Shown: positions 7,901-16,875, counted from the stretch's first letter. The stretch is DNA of 64,000 nucleotides from Candidatus Aminicenantes bacterium (GCA_963702005.1 OY969696.1:3232001-3296000), one strand, 5' to 3'. A program made the numbers and translations. Notes: generated by a model from the letters alone, not told the origin.

Positions 7901-10426
7901 ATGCTTAAAAAGATCTCGATCGCGCTCGCGTTAGGTTGTCTTCTCGGCACGGCCGCGGCTCCATTCCTCGACGCCGCGCAGGCGGCGAAGCCCGACTTGA
8001 AGCCCGTTGAAATCAGTCTTGAACGCCAGTCTCCCGCAACGGCTCCCGTCAGCGTCCAGGTCACGGTCCGCATCCTGAATGCAGGAGCTTGCATAAAAAA
8101 TACCCATTTTCGACTCGACCTCCTTTGGCGCCCTCGTCCCGACGGCTCCTGGTCCAAGCTCAAGGAATGGGACTGCCCTCCCCTGTGTTCGAACGCCGAA
8201 GGCGCCGTTCAGACAACGGCCGACCTCCCCAAGGCCGGCTCCTATGATTTCAAGGCCGTCGCCGACGCCGGGGACGCCGTTGCGGAATCGGACGAGGCCA
8301 ACAACACGATCGAGGCCTCCCGCGACATCGCCGCCGAAGAGCCTGGCCCCGCGGCCGGCGACCCGCTCCAGAATCAGCGAGATCAACAAACGCCCGCCGA
8401 GCCCAAAGTCAACGCCGGAAACCTCGAGATCGTCGTGACGGCGACCCGCATGGATATCCCCCTCAAAAATAACCCGGCCGCGACGACCGTCGTCGAGACC
8501 GCCCTTCTCCGCAACATGCCCAGGACGATCGCCGCCGACGAAGCTTTCAAGCTCGTGCCCGGGGTCAAGGTCGACAACCAGGCCGATGGGGAGCGGGTCC
8601 ATCTCTCCATCCGGGGCCAGGGCATCCTGACCGAGCGGGGCACGCGCGGCGTCAAGACGCTCGTCGACGGCATTCCCCTCAACGATCCCTCGGGCTTCGT
8701 GGCCGACTTCTTCGATATCGATTGGGCGACCGTCCGCCGGATCGAGGTCCTGCGCGGCCCGGCCGCGGCCTTTTACGGCAGCGGCTCGTCGGGGGGCATC
8801 CTGAATATCCTGACCCGGGACGGAAGCTCGGCCTGCGCCGCCGGCAACGGATTCCTCAGCGCCGGATCCTTCGGATTCGTCAAGGGGCTGGCCGAGGCCG
8901 GAGGCACGACTGGGCCGTTGAACTACCGAATCTCGGGATCCGGCCTCTCGGGCCGGGGTTACCGCGATCATACCAAATACTGGGCCGACAATTTCTACGG
9001 CAAGTTCCACCTCAAGGCTGCCCCCGCAATCAAGCTGACGGCCGTCCTAGGCTGGACCGACTTTTTCAACGAAAACGCCGAAGGCCTCAACCTCGACTGG
9101 TTCAGCGCCGACCCGAGCAGCCTGCGCCGCAAGGCCAATCCCGACGCCTACAAATTCAACGAATACCAGAGGACGAGCCGGGCGACGGCCGGCCTGACGG
9201 GAACGATCAGCCTGGGGGCGAACTGGGACTTGGGACTAACCGCCTATTTCCGTCACACCAAATACAAAGAAGCCGTCCCCTCCTCGCTCATCCACCGCTC
9301 CTACGACACCCCCGGGTTCTCGCTCCAGGTCAACCATCGCGCGGGCGAAGGCTGGCTCAAAAACCATTTGAGCGTCGGAACCGATCTCGCCTGGCAGACC
9401 CTCGACGAATTCAAGCATCCCAACCTGGGCAACGCCGTCGAGGGGCCCGAACTTCTCTCCGACCAAACCATGAGCCAAAGCGGGGCGGGCGTCTTCGTCC
9501 TGGACCGCGTCGAGCTCGGCGCGCACTGGGGCCTGTCGCTGAGCCTCCGTTACGACAAGGTCGGCAACACCCTCGACGATAAGTTTCGAGCCGGAGGGAT
9601 CGATTTCTCGGGCGAAGCCGACTACGAGAAGGCGACGGGCCGGGTCGGACTGACTTGGAATCCCGCCTCCGACCTCGGATTCTACGCGAGTTGGGGAACC
9701 GGTTTTCTGCCTCCCGGAACCAAGGAACTCGTCAACAATCCCTACGCGCTCGGAGGCTTCAACACCCGGCTCGTCTCGGCCACATCGAGGGGCGAGGAGG
9801 TCGGCGCCCGGGGCTCGGTCGGAAGCTCCTTCGTCTACGACGTCGCCCTCTTCCATCTCGCCACCGATCATGACTTCGGCCGCTACCGCATGGCGGCGCG
9901 GCCTCTCGAGACCTTCTACGGCAACGTCGGCGCGACGACCCGCTACGGACTGGAGACGTTCCTCGGCTGGTATCCGATCGAACCCTTGGCCTTGAAACTG
10001 GCCTACACCTATTCCCGGTTCAAGTACGATTCCGTCCAGACGCTGGACGCGGGGGTGACCTACACCAAAACCTGGCTGCCCAATTCCCCCCAGCATCAGA
10101 TCTATCTCGACGGCGAGCTCAAGATCCTGCCCGAGCTGACGGCCGGCGCCGCCCTGGAACACCTCAGCTCCTGGTACGTCGACGCGACGAACCGGGTCTT
10201 CCCGAACGGATACGGCCGCACCGACCCTTACACGCTCGTCCACGCCCGGCTGAGCTATCGGTTTAATCTCGACGGGAAGCCCTTCGAGATCGTCCTCTCA
10301 GGCCGGAACATCTTCGGCGTCGAATATTATGGATTCACCGAGCCCGATCCGGACGGAAATTCCTACCAGCCCGCGGCGACGGCGGAATGGACGCTCGGGT
10401 TGAGGGTCAGCCTGGGCCAGCAATAG
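7901..10426 (+). CDS. TonB-dependent receptor with an N-terminal CARDB-like domain
   Basis: Signal peptide; CARDB pattern (PDL...AVAD...VAESDEANN); TonB box EIVVTATR; plug motifs SIRGQG and IEVLRGP.A.YG; beta-barrel ending GRNIFG. GGAGG RBS before ATG 7901. Confidence 0.9.
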   Translation: MLKKISIALALGCLLGTAAAPFLDAAQAAKPDLKPVEISLERQSPATAPVSVQVTVRILNAGACIKNTHFRLDLLWRPRPDGSWSKLKEWDCPPLCSNAEGAVQTTADLPKAGSYDFKAVADAGDAVAESDEANNTIEASRDIAAEEPGPAAGDPLQNQRDQQTPAEPKVNAGNLEIVVTATRMDIPLKNNPAATTVVETALLRNMPRTIAADEAFKLVPGVKVDNQADGERVHLSIRGQGILTERGTRGVKTLVDGIPLNDPSGFVADFFDIDWATVRRIEVLRGPAAAFYGSGSSGGILNILTRDGSSACAAGNGFLSAGSFGFVKGLAEAGGTTGPLNYRISGSGLSGRGYRDHTKYWADNFYGKFHLKAAPAIKLTAVLGWTDFFNENAEGLNLDWFSADPSSLRRKANPDAYKFNEYQRTSRATAGLTGTISLGANWDLGLTAYFRHTKYKEAVPSSLIHRSYDTPGFSLQVNHRAGEGWLKNHLSVGTDLAWQTLDEFKHPNLGNAVEGPELLSDQTMSQSGAGVFVLDRVELGAHWGLSLSLRYDKVGNTLDDKFRAGGIDFSGEADYEKATGRVGLTWNPASDLGFYASWGTGFLPPGTKELVNNPYALGGFNTRLVSATSRGEEVGARGSVGSSFVYDVALFHLATDHDFGRYRMAARPLETFYGNVGATTRYGLETFLGWYPIEPLALKLAYTYSRFKYDSVQTLDAGVTYTKTWLPNSPQHQIYLDGELKILPELTAGAALEHLSSWYVDATNRVFPNGYGRTDPYTLVHARLSYRFNLDGKPFEIVLSGRNIFGVEYYGFTEPDPDGNSYQPAATAEWTLGLRVSLGQQ

Positions 10427-10434
10427 CCCCGGCC

Positions 10435-11391
10435 TCAGATTTTCTGGAAGAGCTCGCTGCCGATGCCGCTGGCCAGAAAGCGCTCCTTTTTATTCGCGAG
10501 GAGCTTCTGGGTCCAGTCCGTCAGGCCGCCGTCGACGAGATGATCGTAGATTCCACCCTTCCGCCCCGCGATCCGGATATTGAAACAAAGCCCCGTATAG
10601 TACCCGACCCCAGCCCGCCGGCCGGGATCGAAGGCGAACGAAGCGCCCGGAAAGCGTGCGGCCAGCGCGTCTAAGACTTCCCTCTTCAGGATGTCCGTAT
10701 TCCTGCCGCCGAGGTCGGTCAGGAGAACCTCGACTTTGCCCGCCGCCGGATCCTCGAAGTCGATGATCCCGTGGAGGAGCGACAGGTAGAAACCGATGTG
10801 CTCCCGCGCGTTCTCGGTTTCGAAGGCCAAGCCTCCCGTGTCGCGCCCCGCGGTCACGAGGCAAAAGACCTTGAAGTGGGCCGTATATTTCTCATCCAGG
10901 AGGGGCTGGGCGCGGACGTGCCGGTGGCTCGCGCATAATTTCGTCGGGGCACGGAGGTCGCCGCTCCGGCCGCGGAGATCCCTACGCCGCAGGGCGCATT
11001 CCAGGGCCAGGACGTTGGTCGCGTCGGCGACCAGCTCGGTCGCCCGGAGGGCGCCCACGATGTTGTTCTGATTGACCGGCGCGACGGCCGCGCATGTCCC
11101 CAGGGGGCAGAGCGGCGAAAGCTCGACGGCTTCGAACCCGGACGGCAACAGAGAATAGGCTTTGAGGTCGAATTTCGCGAACACGACGGGATCGATGACC
11201 GAAGGCCGGACGAACCGGTTTTCGCGATAGGCTTTGAGAAGCCCGGCCGGCGTGACCGTCCTGGCCCGACGCGCATAGATCTCGATGAGCAGAGACTGGA
11301 GGTCGCTGGCCGAAAGGCGCTCGGCCAAGATGTCGACGAGGCCGGTACAGCCGGTCGCGCCGACGATCCGCTCGAGAAGCTTTTCGTTCAC
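10435..11391 (-). CDS. Conserved hypothetical protein with class II aminoacyl-tRNA-synthetase-like (HisRS/HisZ-like) motifs
   Basis: GVGYYTGLCFNI and VDGGLTDW..LL....ASGIGSE resemble the HisRS RGLDYYTG and motif-3 regions; no anticodon-binding domain. Confidence 0.6.
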   Translation of the reverse strand: MNEKLLERIVGATGCTGLVDILAERLSASDLQSLLIEIYARRARTVTPAGLLKAYRENRFVRPSVIDPVVFAKFDLKAYSLLPSGFEAVELSPLCPLGTCAAVAPVNQNNIVGALRATELVADATNVLALECALRRRDLRGRSGDLRAPTKLCASHRHVRAQPLLDEKYTAHFKVFCLVTAGRDTGGLAFETENAREHIGFYLSLLHGIIDFEDPAAGKVEVLLTDLGGRNTDILKREVLDALAARFPGASFAFDPGRRAGVGYYTGLCFNIRIAGRKGGIYDHLVDGGLTDWTQKLLANKKERFLASGIGSELFQKI

Positions 11392-11428
11392 AACTCCGGC
11401 CCCCGGAAAGACGGACAGGACCCCGCGG

Positions 11429-12028
11429 CTATCGGGCCGCGTTTTGGAGCATGACCCGCATCGTTTCGTAGCCTACCGTTTCGCTGACGGCCTCGACATA
11501 TCCGGTTTGGACGGCGCTGGGGCTCATCAGGGCGTCCTTGATCATGAAGGCGTTGAAATCCAGGTCCAGCGCGCCGTGGTAAGTGGCCAAGACGCAGCCT
11601 GTGGCGCTGAGCCCGCAGAGAAAAACGGCGTTGACCCCCTGATCGCGCAGGAGTTTCTCGAGTCCGGTCTTCTTGAATGCGTTGGGAAAGTTCTTGACGA
11701 TCTGAGGGTCGTCGGACTTGACCTCGATGTCCTGGGGAAAATCGAAGTCCTTCGTCCCGGCCGCGGGCCCGTAGCCGGGATCGGTATGATGGACGCGGAT
11801 GACGGGGCAATGGAAAAACCGGAAGAGAGAGATGGAGCTGTTGATCATCCAAGTGACCTGGGTCCGGTCCTTGGGCTCCATCAGGGGCAGGAAGGCGTTT
11901 TGAATGTCGATGATGAGGAGCGCCGGTTTCAGCCGGGGCGGCGCCGCTTGTTGGACCGAAGCGGACGGCCCGGCCAGGGCCGCTATTAGGAGCGCGCTCA
12001 TGACGATCGAAACCGTGAGTCTTTTCAT
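11429..12028 (-). CDS. Isochorismatase-family cysteine hydrolase with signal peptide
   Basis: ALLIIDIQN (Asp), VKNFPNAF (Lys) and ATGCV (Cys) triad; AGGAGG RBS; N-terminal signal peptide. Confidence 0.85.
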   Translation of the reverse strand: MKRLTVSIVMSALLIAALAGPSASVQQAAPPRLKPALLIIDIQNAFLPLMEPKDRTQVTWMINSSISLFRFFHCPVIRVHHTDPGYGPAAGTKDFDFPQDIEVKSDDPQIVKNFPNAFKKTGLEKLLRDQGVNAVFLCGLSATGCVLATYHGALDLDFNAFMIKDALMSPSAVQTGYVEAVSETVGYETMRVMLQNAAR

Positions 12029-12125
12029 GGAACCTCCTTACGATATCTGGATTTCGGCTCGACCGCCGCCCTCCCCGTACAGGGACCTTTATAATACCCG
12101 TCGAGGGAATCTGTCAACCCCTCAA

Positions 12126-12226
12126 CCCCCAGCTATAAGGCGGGGCTGTTCGGGATGACACTGAGGCTCTGCGAACGTGTCAATCCCCTTCGCGGGATTC
12201 CACGGACGTTAGTCCATGGAGCTTCA
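12126..12226. repeat. Intergenic cluster of hairpins resembling IS200/IS605-type ends (possible non-autonomous relic)
   Basis: CCCCAGCTATAAGGCGGGG; AATCCC-N6-GGGATT; TCCACGGAC-GTTA-GTCCATGGA followed by GCTTCA. Confidence 0.35.
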
Positions 12227-12243
12227 GGCGAGGCGAGAGAGGC

Positions 12244-12699
12244 TCAGCGCCCGGCACGCTCGGGAAGTACGAACTCGATCCGGTCCGGAACTTTGAGCTT
12301 ATGGGTTCGAGCGCTTCCGGCCTTGAGCTCGAGGACATACAGCGCGGGCAGCTCCGGCCCGTAGGAGGGACAGGGATCCGTTAAGCAGGGCGAGACGTCC
12401 TCTTCGATATGGATGATCCTCCGCTCCCGGTCGAGCCAGAGCATGTCGAGCGAAATCGTGCAGTTCTTCATCCAGAAGGAATGGATACTCTCTTCTTCAA
12501 AAACGAACAGCATGCCCTGGTCGGAGTTGATCCGCTCCCGGAACATGAGCCCCCGCATCCGCTCCGCATCGGTCACGGCCAGCTCGGCCGTGATCGAGGC
12601 CCCGTCGGGCAGGAAGACCTTCACGAAGCGGGGCCGTCGCGGCGCTTGGGCGCAAAGGCTCACCGCGGATAGGGCGAGGATAAGGACCGTTTTTTTCAT
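12244..12699 (-). CDS. DUF192-family exported protein
   Basis: AELA.T..ER.RGLMFR, GMLFVF, FWMKN...LD and YVLEL.AG motifs; signal peptide. Confidence 0.9.
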   Translation of the reverse strand: MKKTVLILALSAVSLCAQAPRRPRFVKVFLPDGASITAELAVTDAERMRGLMFRERINSDQGMLFVFEEESIHSFWMKNCTISLDMLWLDRERRIIHIEEDVSPCLTDPCPSYGPELPALYVLELKAGSARTHKLKVPDRIEFVLPERAGR

Positions 12700-12719
12700 G
12701 ACCGCTCCTAACATGTACG

Positions 12720-13433
12720 CTAATCCGGGCCGGAAATCAAGGGAACAAACCGGACCGAAAGGAGCCGGGTCCGCTCGAATCCCCGTTGGGTCCGGACGAT
12801 CCGGACAAGCTCTTGGGATATGGATCCGATAGGGATGATCATCCGGCCTCCGACCTTAAGTTGGTTTTCCAGGGCGGCCGGGATCTCGTCCGGGGCCGCG
12901 GCGACGAGGATGGCGTCGAAAGGCGCTTGCTCGCTCCAGCCCAGCGCCCCGTCTCCGGACCGATAAACGATATTCCGGTATCCCAGCCCTTCGAGCGTTT
13001 CCCGGGCGCGCCGTGACAGGGATTCGATGATCTCCACCGTGTCGACCTCGCGGACGATCTCGGCCAGAACGGCCGTCTGGTACCCGGAGCCCGTCCCGAC
13101 CTCGAGGACCTTGTCGTCTCCGCCCAGCGCCAAAGCCTCGGTCATGAAAGCCACGATGTAGGGTTGGCTGATCGTCTGCCCTTCGCCGATGGGCAGCGGT
13201 TCATCGCTATAGGCATGGGGTTGAAGATTGGCGGGGACGAAGACATGGCGCGGTATCTTTCTCAGAGCGGCCAGGACCTTTTCGTCCCTGACGCCGCGAG
13301 CGGCGATCTGGGCCTCGACCATGCGGAGCCGTCGCCTATCGAAATCGGACGCCGCGGCGGATGCGGCTTCCCCCTTTAGGCGCTGGCCGGCGCCCCGCTT
13401 CAGCATCCGTCTCAGCGGTCCTATGGGGGCCAC
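12720..13433 (-). CDS. pcm: Protein-L-isoaspartate O-methyltransferase
   Basis: PRH.FVP, GQTISQPYIVA, VLEVGTGSGYQ, APFDAI and VRFVPL motifs. Start uncertain. Confidence 0.95.
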   Translation of the reverse strand: MAPIGPLRRMLKRGAGQRLKGEAASAAASDFDRRRLRMVEAQIAARGVRDEKVLAALRKIPRHVFVPANLQPHAYSDEPLPIGEGQTISQPYIVAFMTEALALGGDDKVLEVGTGSGYQTAVLAEIVREVDTVEIIESLSRRARETLEGLGYRNIVYRSGDGALGWSEQAPFDAILVAAAPDEIPAALENQLKVGGRMIIPIGSISQELVRIVRTQRGFERTRLLSVRFVPLISGPD

Positions 13434-13451
13434 GGCCGTCCCCGGCCGGCC

Positions 13452-14906
13452 TCAGTAGGCCTTCGCGAAATAGGCCCGGTCGACGGCCGGCTTCCCGCAG
13501 GCGACGCAAGCTCCGGCGGCGGCATTCGCGCCGGCCTCCCCAGGAATCACCCGAATGGTGGCCATGGTCTCGTTCTTGATCTTTTCCTCGCAGTCCTCCC
13601 CGCCGCACCAATCCGCGATCACGAAGCCGCGCTTCGTCTCCAGGATCTCCTTGAACTCCTGGTAGCTTCGGGCTTCCCGGGTGTTCTCTTCCCGGAAGCG
13701 AAGGGCCCGGTCGAAGAGGCTTTTCTGGATTTCGGCGAGGAGGACCGGCAGCCGGTCCTTGAGCGAGCCGAGGGCGATCGATTCCTTCCGACGGGAATCG
13801 CGCCGCACGGCGACGGCCGTTCCCGCTTTGACGTCGCGGGGTCCGATCTCGATCCGGAGAGGGACGCCCCTCATCTCATGTTCGGCGAATTTCCAGCCGG
13901 GCGTGTACTCCTCCCGGGCGTCAAGCTCGACCCGGAGGCCGTACGATTTGAGCTCCCGCTCGACCTCGCGGGCGACGGGAAGGACCGAGGTTTTCCAGTC
14001 GCCGAGCGCGATGGGGATGATGACCGCCTGGACGGGCGCCACGTTGGGCGGGAAGGCCAGCCCGGAATCGTCGCCGTGCACCATGATCAAGGCGCCGATC
14101 AGCCGGGTCGTGGTGCCCCAGGAGGTTTGCCAGACGTATTGGAGGGCCTGGGCGCGATCCTCGAATTTAATATCGAAGGCCTTAGCGAAATGCTGGCCCA
14201 GGTTGTGCGAGGTCCCCATCTGGAGGGCCTTGCCGTCCGACATCAAGGCCTCGATGGCGTAGGTCATCTGGGCCCCGGCGAATTTCTCGCGGAGCGACTT
14301 GCGTCCGGCGATGACCGGGACGGCCAGCTCGGTCTCGCAGAACTCCTTGTACATCTCCAGGATCTTCAAAGTCTCGGCCTCGGCCTCCTCGGCCGTCTCG
14401 TGGCAGGTGTGGCCCTCCTGCCACAGAAACTCGGTCGTCCGCAGGAAAGGCCGCGTCACTTTCTCCCAGCGGACGATATTGGCCCACTGATTGATGAGGA
14501 CGGGCAGGTCCCGCCAGGATTTGATCCACTTCGAATACATGTGGCCGATGATCGCCTCGGAGGTCGGCCGGACCGCCAGCTTCTCCTCGAGCTCCTCCTT
14601 GCCGCCGATCGTCACCCAGGCCACTTCGGGCGAGAAGCCCTTGACATGCTCGGCCTCCTTCTGAAGAAAGCTCTCCGGGATGAATAGCGGGAAATAAGCG
14701 TTCCTGTGGCCGGTCGCCTTGATGCGCTGATCCATCAGCCGCTGGATGTTTTCCCAGACGGCATAGCCGTAGGGACGGATGACCATCATGCCCTTCATCG
14801 GCGTGTAATCGGCGAGTTCGGCTCTGCGGATGATCTCGACGTACCAAGCCGAGAAATCCTCGCTTTTAGCGGTGACCTGCTTGACCAAACGCTCCTCTGG
14901 GCTCAA
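13452..14906 (-). CDS. proS: Proline--tRNA ligase (archaeal/eukaryotic type, no INS editing domain)
   Basis: RPTSE, QWANIVRWE, FLRTTEFLWQEGHT, GTSHNLGQ and C-terminal FAKAY. Likely TTG start at 14906 with a GGAG RBS. Confidence 0.97.
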   Translation of the reverse strand: MSPEERLVKQVTAKSEDFSAWYVEIIRRAELADYTPMKGMMVIRPYGYAVWENIQRLMDQRIKATGHRNAYFPLFIPESFLQKEAEHVKGFSPEVAWVTIGGKEELEEKLAVRPTSEAIIGHMYSKWIKSWRDLPVLINQWANIVRWEKVTRPFLRTTEFLWQEGHTCHETAEEAEAETLKILEMYKEFCETELAVPVIAGRKSLREKFAGAQMTYAIEALMSDGKALQMGTSHNLGQHFAKAFDIKFEDRAQALQYVWQTSWGTTTRLIGALIMVHGDDSGLAFPPNVAPVQAVIIPIALGDWKTSVLPVAREVERELKSYGLRVELDAREEYTPGWKFAEHEMRGVPLRIEIGPRDVKAGTAVAVRRDSRRKESIALGSLKDRLPVLLAEIQKSLFDRALRFREENTREARSYQEFKEILETKRGFVIADWCGGEDCEEKIKNETMATIRVIPGEAGANAAAGACVACGKPAVDRAYFAKAY

Positions 14907-14937
14907 GGGTTGACTCCTGGGGTGGCTGTACCGGCAA

Positions 14938-14966
14938 ATTTTAGTCGCCCCCCCGGAGTTTGTCAA
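14938..14966 (-). promoter_or_regulatory. sigma70 promoter of proS
   Basis: TTGACA-N17-TAAAAT on the minus strand. Confidence 0.7.
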
Positions 14967-15052
14967 GAAAAGGGGGGTGAGGCCAAAACGGCAGTTCCGG
15001 ACGGCACCTCCCCGCCAAGGGGCCCGGAAGGTGACAAAAATAAAAAAAAAAT

Positions 15053-15110
15053 TCACCCCTGATTTCACCCTGGGGGGTGATTGACCCCGCAGGAAGGGAC
15101 ATGGCATTGT
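15053..15110 (+). promoter_or_regulatory. Putative operator (TCACC repeat plus dyad) and promoter, copy 1
   Basis: TCACCC(15053)-N6-TCACCCT.GG.GGGGTGA-TTGACC-N18-CATTGT. Confidence 0.6.
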
Positions 15111-15151
15111 AGGCACGATTTGAGCAGGGACTTTAGACGAAGGATTCGATC

Positions 15152-15511
15152 ATGCTAAGGAAATCTTCCAGCAGCGATGCCCTTAGGCTGGGCGCCCTCG
15201 AGACGGGATTCAAACTTCCCCTGGCCACGACCGTCGAGGGGCAGGACGCCCAGGGCCGGCGGTTTCGGGAAGACACCAAGCTCTCCTACATCAGTCACCA
15301 GGGCGCCTCGTTCCTCCTCAAGAGCTCCATGACGATCGGCGCCAAGGTGAAGCTGATCATCGACCTTCCCCCTAGGCTTTCCGAGGACAAAGACCTCAAG
15401 CTCGCCATCCACGGCAAAGTCGTATTCGTCGAAGCGGGCGACCACGGGGAGGGACGCCTGAAGATTTCGGTCCGCCTCGAAAGCAAATACATCATCAAGC
15501 CCGAAGAATAA
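15152..15511 (+). CDS. PilZ-domain protein (degenerate c-di-GMP motifs)
   Basis: LP..V.G.D..G..F.E.T....IS..GA.F pattern; paralogous to 15633 and 16876. RxxxR is absent and N/D is replaced by Y (YISHQG). Confidence 0.7.
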   Translation: MLRKSSSSDALRLGALETGFKLPLATTVEGQDAQGRRFREDTKLSYISHQGASFLLKSSMTIGAKVKLIIDLPPRLSEDKDLKLAIHGKVVFVEAGDHGEGRLKISVRLESKYIIKPEE

Positions 15512-15564
15512 CCCCCGACACCCCCCCAGGGGTACCGTCCGGAGCGATCCGGGGTTAGTCCATA

Positions 15565-15621
15565 TCACCCTCCAAATCACCGCAAAGAGGGATTGTCGAA
15601 GGAAGCCGTCTGTCTCATAAT
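15565..15621 (+). promoter_or_regulatory. Putative operator and promoter, copy 2
   Basis: TCACCC(15565)-N6-TCACCGC.AA.AGAGGGA-TTGTCG-N17-CATAAT. Confidence 0.6.
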
Positions 15622-15632
15622 CAGCCTCTGCG

Positions 15633-16004
15633 ATGAATCGAGTGAAAACTGCCGAAAAATCATCCATCCAAGGCGCGACCGAAGAGGGAAAGAGAGAGCG
15701 GTCCTTCGAGCTCTCTCTTTCCGCTCTGGTATCGGGCCGGGACGTCCTGGATCGGGAATTCGAGGAAGAAACCTATATCGTCTCCATCAGCGCCCGGGAG
15801 GTCCACGTCGGGCTGACCTCGCCCGTCCAAACCGGTGCCAAGCTCCGGCTCAGCCTCCAAGTCCCCCAAACCCTCTACTTGGAAAAAGGACTATCCCTGG
15901 CCCTCTCGGGGACCGTCGCCCAGGTTCGGCCCGAATTCCCCCTGTCCTCGAAACGCTCGGTTTTACTGCGGCTCGACCGCCGGTTCCGGATCGAGCATAA
16001 CTGA
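15633..16004 (+). CDS. PilZ-like domain protein (degenerate)
   Basis: KRERSFEL...V.G.D.....F.E.T....ISARE pattern; paralogue of its neighbours. Confidence 0.65.
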   Translation: MNRVKTAEKSSIQGATEEGKRERSFELSLSALVSGRDVLDREFEEETYIVSISAREVHVGLTSPVQTGAKLRLSLQVPQTLYLEKGLSLALSGTVAQVRPEFPLSSKRSVLLRLDRRFRIEHN

Positions 16005-16054
16005 TCCCCCCCACCCCGGCCGATTTCGCCCCAAAAAGAGACATGCGATCGTTC

Positions 16055-16083
16055 TTGACAAAAAGTGTCCATTTATATAAAAT
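16055..16083 (+). promoter_or_regulatory. Near-consensus sigma70 promoter of the LuxR gene
   Basis: TTGACA-N17-TAAAAT, 10 nt before ATG 16094. Confidence 0.75.
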
Positions 16084-16093
16084 TTGCCTAAAA

Positions 16094-16846
16094 ATGAAGA
16101 AGATAGCCAAAAAAGACACGGCTGCTAAAGGGGAGACGGCCAGCAAGAAAGAACCCGCGCCCCCCAAGGCCAAACCCGTCGTCAGGACCAACGGACAGGT
16201 CCAGGTCCTCGTCTTCTGTCCCTCGGACCTGATCCTGGCCGGCATTCTCAAAGCCCTGGAACCGGACGCCGCGATCGAGGTTCTTAACATCGAGAAGAAC
16301 ACGATCGATATCTTCATGGATTCCATCCGGAAGCTCCGGCCCGAGGTCGTCCTGTTCGCTTCGATCGAGCCGCTCCCCAACATACGGGAGATCTGCAAGG
16401 CGATCCGCGAGCTGGCCAAAGGCCAGAAGACCCAGCTCCTCCTGCTGGGCAACATCCCCTCTCACGAGGAAGTCGTCGGACTCATCAATTCCGGGGCCAG
16501 AGGTTACTTCGACCTCAACGACCCCCTCAGCCAGTTGACCGAGGCCATCCGGATCGTCCAGAAGGGAGAGATCTGGCTGCCCCGCGACAAGATGTCGAGC
16601 ATCATGGACCGGATCATCTCGGTCGTCGGCCGCGACATGAAGGAAAAGACGCTCGACCAGCTGACGCCGACCGAATTCCAAGTCCTGCGGCTTATCGGCC
16701 AGGGCAAGAGCAACGACGAGATCGCCGAGGTTCTGTTCATCAGCAAGAACACCGTTCGTTCCCATATCAAGAGCATCTACGCCAAACTCGATACGCACAG
16801 CCGTCTCCAGCTCGCCCTCTACGCGATTAACTCAGCCCTCTTCTAA
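16094..16846 (+). CDS. LuxR/NarL-family regulator with pseudo-receiver domain (VpsT/CsgD-like)
   Basis: HTH LTPTEFQVL.LI.QGKSN.EIA..LFIS.NTV.SH...IY.KL. The receiver lacks the acidic pair, phospho-Asp and Lys. GEIWLPR motif present. Confidence 0.88.
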   Translation: MKKIAKKDTAAKGETASKKEPAPPKAKPVVRTNGQVQVLVFCPSDLILAGILKALEPDAAIEVLNIEKNTIDIFMDSIRKLRPEVVLFASIEPLPNIREICKAIRELAKGQKTQLLLLGNIPSHEEVVGLINSGARGYFDLNDPLSQLTEAIRIVQKGEIWLPRDKMSSIMDRIISVVGRDMKEKTLDQLTPTEFQVLRLIGQGKSNDEIAEVLFISKNTVRSHIKSIYAKLDTHSRLQLALYAINSALF

Positions 16847-16875
16847 GGACGGTCGGGGGATCCGACGAGGACGCC

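Noticed and set aside
13452-14906. Archaeal/eukaryote-type ProRS as a sign of recent transfer
   Set aside because: This type is widespread in bacteria and its codon style matches the host.
16005-16045. Fourth TCACC-type operator before the LuxR gene (CCACCC...TCGCCCC)
   Set aside because: Spacing is 15 rather than 12, the dyad is poor, and it does not abut the -35; at most a weak site.
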